64,000 bases of DNA, taken from NCBI GenBank assembly GCA_029862185.1, contig JAOTXX010000012.1, positions 1,787 to 65,786 on the forward strand. Reading direction: 5' to 3'. This document shows, piece after piece, positions 55,294 through 62,190 of the stretch (position 1 is its first letter; each line of letters starts with the position of its first letter). Made by a program: the position numbers and the translations under genes. A model generated the notes under the pieces. The model saw only the letters and a list, made by a program, of their open reading frames with translations, did not search any database and was not told the DNA's origin. This DNA is from Myxococcales bacterium. Lineage in GTDB: Bacteria; Myxococcota_A; Polyangia; Polyangiales; Houyiibacteriaceae.

Positions 55294-55603
55294 GACTTGC
55301 TTGGTTCCTTTCTATCGGTGGAACGCGGTTCGAGCTGTGCAAGAAGCCGTATGCGGGCTGTTCGCTCGACACTCGAAGTGCCGGCTTTGGCGACGCAGAC
55401 TCACGGCAGTGCCAGCGGTCGATTGCGTTCAGTTAGGCCGAGGCGTTTGCAGGATAGGAAATCAACTACGCGACACTTCGTATGTTTCCTTGCCCTAGCG
55501 TGTTTGTGCGTAAACACAAGGTTTTTGCCCAATTTTCTCGCTGGGCGTCGCGAATCCCGCGCGATCGCGTCGGGCCAAAGCGTGACTCGTCGAAGTGGCT
55601 CCG

Positions 55604-58600
55604 TCAGATGGGGTCGGGTTGCGCTGGGGTCACGGGTTGCGTTTTCCAGCGGCCGTCGGTGCTGAACGCGGACCATGCCCATCTCACCCAACCGACGAGA
55701 CGGAAGGCGAGCCAGAGTGACCAGGCAAGCATGAGCAACCGCCAGACCCAGATGCTGAGACTCAGGACTGCAGTCTCCGGTAAGTCGTTGCTGCTGCGGT
55801 CGATGTACCATTCGAGGCTGCCGCCATAGCTGCCCGCGCCGGCGACTTGCATGTCGGGACGGACGAGAAGGCCGTTGTGCACCGCCGCGTAGAAGCACAG
55901 GAGGGCCAGGATGCTCAGGCCGCCGAGCAAGACCTGACGCGCGTTGAAGGCGCGACTGGGCAGGTCGGAATGTTGGCTGCGGTGTTGCAGTGCAAAGAAC
56001 CATGCCACGACAGGCACGGCGACCCAGACGGGCAAGGTCACGAAGCCGAGGCTCAAGAGCAGCCAATCCCAGATGCGTAGCGGGCTTTGCGGCACGCGTG
56101 ACAGCAGGAACGCGACGAGAAGGGCGAGCAAGAGGTACGGCCAGAAGAGGACTACCGCGCCCCATGCCGGGCCCTCGGTCCACAGCAGCCAGCGATCATC
56201 GGGGAGGTTCACGCGCACGCGCGCGTTGACGACCGGTGCGCCCAAGCCGATTTGAGGAGTCTTGAACCAGGTCTCGAGGCCGCCCTCCTGCTGAAAGGCG
56301 ATCTCCACTTGCTGCACGCCGGGACGGAGGGTGGTCCGCAGCTCGTTGTCCTGCATCTGCAGCGACCGCGGGCTACCATCGATCGTCACGCTTTGGAGCT
56401 CGGCACCCTCGGGGAGCGTCCAGGCGTGCACGCCGCCGCTGCTGCTGCGCACGGTGGCGCTGAGGGTGGATTCGCTGCGTCGGAGGCCCGGTCGCGTCAC
56501 GAGCATGAGCGCATCGATCGTCAGCACGCTTCCCTGGGCCGCCGGGGGACGGTCGAAGCGCAGCTGGAGTTCTTCGCCAGGCCAGGGGCGAAACAGTGGT
56601 TGCCACAGGCCCGCTTGGAAGTGCCTGATGGGGGGCAGCCCCGCGTGCTGGCAGCGATAGATCGGGCCGCAGCTGAGCTCCCAGACTTCGGACCAGCGCA
56701 CGTTCTGTGGCGCGACCAGCGCGAGCTCGGCGCTTGGTTCGAGGTTTGAAGACCAGCTGACCAGCGTCTCTCCCCGCGGAACGGTGATCACGATGTGCCC
56801 ATCCTCGACAATCGCATCGGCCTTGCTGACTTCCTCGCCGGGCAAGAGCGGTATGCGCACCACGTCGACGGCCGATGATGGACTGATGCGTCGCACGCTG
56901 CTGTTCACGGTCCAGCGCACGCCGATGCCAATCGTCCGCCTTACTTCGAACCAGGGTTGCAGGCGGACGGCCTCAGGCTGGTCGGTCGCCTTGTCTTGGC
57001 TTACGAGCGTGCGTCGCAACTGAATCGATGCGTCGGCACGGCCGTTGTCTCGCAGGCCGTCGACTTCCCAGCCTTTCGCGTTGACGGCCAGATGCTTGGG
57101 CTGATCGCCGAACGCGAGTGTCAGGCTCTCGCCCGGTGGCGCAAAACCATCGAGCCGCACGCGGTGCACGCCCTTTTCGAGCCGCAGCAGAGCGAAGCCA
57201 TCGCCTGCCAGCGCGATGGCGCTGCGTGGCTGGCCGTCAACGGTGATGACGTTCGGCAGCCAGGCGCTAGCCGGTCCGGGCATCCGAAATGCGCTGGTGG
57301 CTCCCACGTGCACTTCGGCTTCGAAGACGATGCGCGAGCGGCTGGCATCGATACTTGCCCGCGCAACCGACACGCAATCGGGGGCGCACTCCGCAGGCGC
57401 GGTCAGGCGTTTGGCAAGCTCGTGGAGGATTGCTTGCGAAGGTGCCCCTTCGGGAACGGCTGGCTGTGCGCTGGCTGAGCTCGATCCGAGGATGAGTCCA
57501 CCGGCAAGGATCGCGATCACGCTACCGGTCGCCGCTGCGCTCGGCCTGGCGGGAGGCAGCTGTGCACGCTTCCACCGACGCATCACGCCAAGCCCGAGAA
57601 GAACCAACAGCAGGACGCGCACGATCGATGCCACGAGATTGGCGCGCGGCGAGATCAACCAGAGCTTGACGCGATGGTCGGACGGGACTGGACCGGACCA
57701 GTTGAGGGCCCATGAGCCCGACTCCCAATCGGGGATCCCCTCACCGGTTTGGACGACCGCGTTGGGATCTTGTTGTTGAGTCATCGGCACCTTGGCTACC
57801 TGGGGTGAACCCGCGCCTCGGTAGCGTTTGGCTGACTTGCTCGGCGCGTAGCCTTCATCATCGCGCTCTTCCTCGAGCGCGCCGGAAGCCATGACGCCCA
57901 GGTCTGCTGCAGCCGGCTGGCGTTCCATTCGGTCATCCATCTGCGAGACTCTCGCGGAAGGCATGCCGAAGCCGCCGAGCAATCGGATGGCGACCAATCC
58001 GAGGAGGCAAGCGGCGGCAACTATTCCGACCGCCGTCCTCCCGCGAAGGCTTCGCACCTCGGCCGTGCGATAGGCGGCCACGGCAACGACGAGAACCGTC
58101 CACCCAGCAAGCCATGGCACGGCGTCCCACCCGCCCCAGTCTACGCCCACGTGCGGGAACAAACCCATCCGCAGCTGGGCCACGCAGAACGGCACGGCGA
58201 TCAAGACGAGGGCCACCCCGGCGCCCCACCAAAGCGTGCTCAGTCCGCGACTCCAGCGCGGGCTGTTGACCACTGGTCGCAAAGCCAGCAGCCCCAGGAG
58301 CACCACCCAGATGTAGAGCGGCGCGTTCGCCTGGTGATAGGTCAGCGTGAGCGCAAGAAGCGCGATGAGGCCCCAGATGGCACCGAGCAGCCGAAGCGCC
58401 GCGATCGCCACGAGCGCCACGAAGAAGATCGCGAACACGTCCCAGCGCGAGAGCCAGGTTTGCGAGGTGTCGTCGGCGCCCGAAATCGCGAGCACGTCCC
58501 AGCCCGGCGGCAAGCGCAAACGCGCGCTAAGGCGCTCGATGTTCTCGGACCAACCCACCGCGGCGAAGGACGAGCGCGCGTCGTCGAGCCGCGACTCGGC

Positions 58601-59878
58601 CGTCACATCGAGGTCAACGCTTCGGATCTCGACCCCGCGAGGCACCCGGGCCCCCTGCCCTGGGCTTTCGGACCGCAGGTCGTTGATCAACTGGCCCTCA
58701 CTGCCGAGTTTGACGTGCCCGAGCGTGCCCTCCTCCATGATCAAGCGATGGCTGCGCCGAAGCTTGCCCGTGATCTGATCGCGGACAGAATAGCCAGTGC
58801 CGTCGACGTCGAGCCACAGCTCGCGCACGAGCTGGAGCACGTTTGGTTCGGCTTCGGCTTTCGCGCGGCGCGTAGTTTTGAACGAGAGCGACTGTTCGGG
58901 GGTCAGAGAGTACGCGGGAAGCTCCCGCCAGGCCGGAGGCAACGATGCGCGAGACGTATCGACATTGGGGGCGCCCGAGATCTCGACCTGACGCAGGCTC
59001 TCGTCGGCCAACCAAACCCAGGTTTCAAGCGCCGGCCAGGGCGAGGGTGGCTTCGGCGCGGCGAGCGTTTCGAGATCGCCCTCTGCCCTGGCGATCACGA
59101 ATACCTCGTAGGTTCCGGCACGGACTTGCACACTGAGCCGGCGTCGCTTGTCGAGGCGCACGGGTAGCTGCGAGCTCACCGCAATCGGGACGGTCCGAGC
59201 GAGCAGCACATCCTTGAACTTGAGCTCGCGCGCGCGGCCCGAGACGTGCAGCAGGAGACGGGTGGTGACCTGCATTGGGATCGCGTCGGAGATCATTCGG
59301 TGTACTTCGACCTCGAGTCCCTCCACCGTCGTTTCGACCTCTTCTTTCGCCCCGAGCCAGACCTCGCCGCCTTCTTCGCGACGTGGGTTGCGAACGCGTT
59401 CGCCCTTGATCTGCAATTGCACGATCGCCGTCTGAGTCGGCACGGGGAGAAGCTCGGGCGCCGTGCTCCAGCTTAGGTCGCCGGCGACGACATGCTCACC
59501 GGCTTGCAATCGCACTACCGGTTGCTCGCCTTCTTGAAGGACGACAACAGGCTGGCCATCCACGCGGACTTGCTGCGGCCACAACGTTGGGCTACCGGGA
59601 AGTTGCACCGGGCCATCGCGATCGAGGAAGAAGCGTTGCTCAAATCGCGCGCCTGCGTCGTGCACCGTCAGGGCCAACGGGCCCGGCCAGCGGCAGACGG
59701 CCGCGCCGCCCACTGTCGTACAAGGGTGGTTGGGCTTGGCGTGCAAGACCCAGGGCACCCAGGGCTTGAGGCTGTCCGGAATCTCCTCCGCCCTCAGCGG
59801 TTGCGCTGCCGCCCCCATCGCCAGAAGGGTCGGCAAGAGAAGAGCCAGGATAGAGGGCAAAGCATTACGAAGACGCAT
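55604..59878 (-). CDS. 1424-aa polytopic membrane protein of unknown function, built from two homologous halves
   Basis: Signal peptide, ~450-aa ectodomain and TM block (aa ~480-640). Then a second signal-peptide-like segment (aa ~770-805), a second ectodomain and a C-terminal TM block. Long uninterrupted frame with coding-like composition. Confidence 0.75.
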   Translation of the reverse strand: MRLRNALPSILALLLPTLLAMGAAAQPLRAEEIPDSLKPWVPWVLHAKPNHPCTTVGGAAVCRWPGPLALTVHDAGARFEQRFFLDRDGPVQLPGSPTLWPQQVRVDGQPVVVLQEGEQPVVRLQAGEHVVAGDLSWSTAPELLPVPTQTAIVQLQIKGERVRNPRREEGGEVWLGAKEEVETTVEGLEVEVHRMISDAIPMQVTTRLLLHVSGRARELKFKDVLLARTVPIAVSSQLPVRLDKRRRLSVQVRAGTYEVFVIARAEGDLETLAAPKPPSPWPALETWVWLADESLRQVEISGAPNVDTSRASLPPAWRELPAYSLTPEQSLSFKTTRRAKAEAEPNVLQLVRELWLDVDGTGYSVRDQITGKLRRSHRLIMEEGTLGHVKLGSEGQLINDLRSESPGQGARVPRGVEIRSVDLDVTAESRLDDARSSFAAVGWSENIERLSARLRLPPGWDVLAISGADDTSQTWLSRWDVFAIFFVALVAIAALRLLGAIWGLIALLALTLTYHQANAPLYIWVVLLGLLALRPVVNSPRWSRGLSTLWWGAGVALVLIAVPFCVAQLRMGLFPHVGVDWGGWDAVPWLAGWTVLVVAVAAYRTAEVRSLRGRTAVGIVAAACLLGLVAIRLLGGFGMPSARVSQMDDRMERQPAAADLGVMASGALEEERDDEGYAPSKSAKRYRGAGSPQVAKVPMTQQQDPNAVVQTGEGIPDWESGSWALNWSGPVPSDHRVKLWLISPRANLVASIVRVLLLVLLGLGVMRRWKRAQLPPARPSAAATGSVIAILAGGLILGSSSASAQPAVPEGAPSQAILHELAKRLTAPAECAPDCVSVARASIDASRSRIVFEAEVHVGATSAFRMPGPASAWLPNVITVDGQPRSAIALAGDGFALLRLEKGVHRVRLDGFAPPGESLTLAFGDQPKHLAVNAKGWEVDGLRDNGRADASIQLRRTLVSQDKATDQPEAVRLQPWFEVRRTIGIGVRWTVNSSVRRISPSSAVDVVRIPLLPGEEVSKADAIVEDGHIVITVPRGETLVSWSSNLEPSAELALVAPQNVRWSEVWELSCGPIYRCQHAGLPPIRHFQAGLWQPLFRPWPGEELQLRFDRPPAAQGSVLTIDALMLVTRPGLRRSESTLSATVRSSSGGVHAWTLPEGAELQSVTIDGSPRSLQMQDNELRTTLRPGVQQVEIAFQQEGGLETWFKTPQIGLGAPVVNARVRVNLPDDRWLLWTEGPAWGAVVLFWPYLLLALLVAFLLSRVPQSPLRIWDWLLLSLGFVTLPVWVAVPVVAWFFALQHRSQHSDLPSRAFNARQVLLGGLSILALLCFYAAVHNGLLVRPDMQVAGAGSYGGSLEWYIDRSSNDLPETAVLSLSIWVWRLLMLAWSLWLAFRLVGWVRWAWSAFSTDGRWKTQPVTPAQPDPI

Positions 59879-59999
59879 AGGGTTTCCTCTCGAGGCGAAG
59901 CTATCGCAGAGTCACGAGCTCAGACGAGAAACCCGCCAAGGTCCGGCGTGATTCCCCGAGGCATTCTAGGTGGACGTTCGAGAGGGTGGTTTGGATCTC

Positions 60000-60170
60000 G
60001 CGGGGCCGGGACTCGAACCCGAGGACCCGACCTCCGCAAGCCTGTCTCATTCACAGTAATCCGAACCAATTACCAACGATCGTCGGGACTTGCCCCCATC
60101 GCCGTGTTCACGGGTTGTCACCCCATGTCATCTGATTTTGCATCGCCACGTCAACGTCAGGTCCACGAGC
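60000..60170. repeat. copy 1 of a ~172-bp direct repeat whose left end mimics the reverse complement of a tRNA T-arm plus 3' acceptor strand
   Basis: cgcgggg-ccggg-ACTCGAA-cccga is the reverse complement of T-stem/TTCGAGT loop/acceptor. Collinear with 61966-62138, with a length difference of 1 nt. Confidence 0.7.
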
Positions 60171-60396
60171 AGCCCAGAGTCTCCGGAATTCCCAGGGCAA
60201 TTCACCAGGGACCAACCCGAAGCGTCCGAAGGACGGCGGCGCGAGGAGTTAGCGTAGCTCGATGTGCGGAATCGGTGCGCTCAGGATACCAGCGCACACC
60301 CGAGGACTTGAAACGGCCCGCCACGCGTCCACGAAGCACAACAAGCCCACCGAGGTTGGACTCTGAACCGGGGGCGAACAACCAACGCCAACCTGG

Positions 60397-61540
60397 GTGA
60401 GGTTGCTGGCTGCTCGCAAACCAATCTTGCTTTTCATCTTGGCAAGCTACTTGTTCGCCTGCTCCAGCACCAGTACCACGAACGCGTCGGGCGTGCAGGA
60501 TCAGACGCTGCGCATGAACGAAATCCAAGTTCTCGGGACGCACAACAGCTACCACATTCAGCCTCGCGAACGCATCCTCGAGCTGCTCGCGATTTTTGAT
60601 ACTCAAGAGACCGCCGACAGCCTCGAGTACACCGCCCTGCCTCTCGAAGAGCAGTTCGACCGCGGGGTTCGCCAGCTTGAGCTCGACATCTTTGCGGACC
60701 CGGAGGGCGGGATGTACGCGACGCGCGCTCATCTTGACAGACGACGATCCGGTGTCCGGCCTTCCCGAGCTCGATGAGCCGGGCCTGAAGGTCTTGCACG
60801 TTCAGGACCTCGACTTCGAAACCCATTGCCTGACGTTCGAAATCTGCCTGCAGCAGGTGAAGGGCTGGTCGGACGCCAACCCGCGGCACCTCCCCATCAC
60901 CATCATGATAGAAGCCAAAGAAGAGGTGATTCCCGACCCGCTCGACCTCGGCTTCGTCATCCCACTCGAGTTCGGACCGGAAGAAGTCGCCGACATCGAC
61001 CGCGAGATTCTCGAGGTGTTCCCTGCGGCTCGGCTCATCCGACCGGACGACGTGCGCGGCGACTACGACACCCTCGAAGAAGCCGTGCTTGACGGCGCCT
61101 GGATGACTCTTGCCGAGGCCCGCAGCCGCGTCATGTTCGTTTTCCTCAATCAAAGCGCCGCGCACGACCATTACATCGACGGCCACCCCTCGCTCCGCGG
61201 CCGCGTCATGTTCACGAACTCCGACGAGGGCGACCCCGAAGCCGCCTGGTTCAATCTGAACAGCGCGCTGAGCGACGGGGAGCGAATCCGCGAGCTCGTC
61301 GGCGCCGGCTACATGGTGCGAACGCGCGCTGACGCGGACACCCAGCAGGCCCGTGACGACGACTACACCCTGCAAGAAGCCGCCTTCGCCAGCGGCGGCC
61401 AGTTTGTCAGCACCGACTGCGTGGTCCCGGTCCCTGAATTCGGCACCGACTACTTCGCCGAGGTCCCCGGCGGCTACGTGGGTCGTTGCAACCCGATCTC
61501 GGCGCCTGCGAGCTGCGAATCCGATTTGATTCGCCCGTAG
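60397..61540 (+). pseudogene. PI-PLC-like (PLC-like phosphodiesterase, Ca-dependent C1 type) lipoprotein gene interrupted by a frameshift near 60716-60730
   Basis: Lipobox YLFACSS and VLGTHNSYH catalytic motif in frame 1 (60397-60777). Homology continues in the +1 frame (60596-61540: ...ILTDDDPVSGLPELDEPGLKVLHVQDLDFETHC...). The switch point lies in a gcgacgcgcgct CG-rich run. Confidence 0.65.
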
Positions 61541-61760
61541 CGAGGCAGTTCGGTCGGGCTGTAGACGTATTCGACTCCGGTTGATCGAGACGCGGCGATC
61601 ACAGCTCGATTCGTGGCGGGACGACGAAGATTAGGGCTCGCTCACCGGCACCCCGGCACGAACCAAATCGATTGCTCTCTTCTTCTGCTGCACGTTCGAC
61701 ATCCATCCCATGAGGCGATTCCTCCGCCCCCCAGGGTGTAAACGATGTGTCGGAACGCAC

Positions 61761-61829
61761 AACGCTGACGCTGACGCTGACGCTGACGCTGACACAGACA
61801 CTGGCACTGGCACTGGGACTGACACTGGC
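61761..61829. repeat. hexanucleotide microsatellite (ACGCTG)5 grading into (ACACTG/GCACTG) units
   Basis: Eleven consecutive 6-nt units with strict phase, read directly from the sequence. Intergenic. Confidence 0.9.
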
Positions 61830-61965
61830 GGGAGCGTTGGTCGGCCCCAAGAGGCCTGTCTGGTCAATTCGACTGAAGACCCAGCGACGGGGCGAGACTC
61901 GGTTGTGGCTTGATTGCTGGAGAACGGAGCGGACGAAAGCCCGCGGAGCTGCAGCAATCAGTTGT

Positions 61966-62138
61966 GCCGGGGGCGGGACTCGAACCTGAGGAGCCCACGA
62001 TCGGCACACCTCTCTCACTCGCAACAATTTCAACCAATTACCAATAATCGCCGGGACTTGCCCGCATCGCCGTGTTCACGGTTCGTCACTTCATATCATC
62101 TGATTTCACATCGCCACGTCAACGTCAGGTCAACGACC
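61966..62138. repeat. copy 2 of the ~172-bp direct repeat (T-arm-like part carries a stem-breaking C-to-T change)
   Basis: gggactcgaacctgagga ... aaccaattaccaataatcgccgggacttgcccgcatcgccgtgttcacgg ... catcgccacgtcaacgtcaggtcaacgacc aligns with copy 1. Confidence 0.7.
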
Positions 62139-62190
62139 GTTGCTTGATGTTTTCGGCGTGCTGGGTGACCCTCGACGCGCGAGCAGCCCC

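Noticed and set aside
60000-60110. Possible intact minus-strand tRNA (or tmRNA 3' end) suggested by GGGTTCGAGTCCC
   Set aside because: Only the T-arm and 3' acceptor strand are tRNA-like. No complementary 5' acceptor strand, D-arm or anticodon arm could be folded within about 110 nt. No CCA is present, and the second copy has a broken T-stem. Kept as a repeat or att-like relic rather than a tRNA gene.
60434-61375. 313-aa minus-strand ORF
   Set aside because: It is antisense to the PI-PLC-like gene, whose two frames both show family-typical sequence. The minus-strand product is featureless.
61761-61829. CRISPR-like or coding repeat interpretation of the hexamer tract
   Set aside because: The units are 6 nt with no spacers and there are no cas genes. 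All frames give dipeptide repeats without a credible start or context.
60000-62138. Calling the repeat-bounded module a mobile element
   Set aside because: No integrase, transposase, recombinase or terminal inverted repeats are present in the window. Only the tRNA-fragment-like direct repeats hint at past integration, so it is reported as a hypothesis and not as a mobile_element feature.
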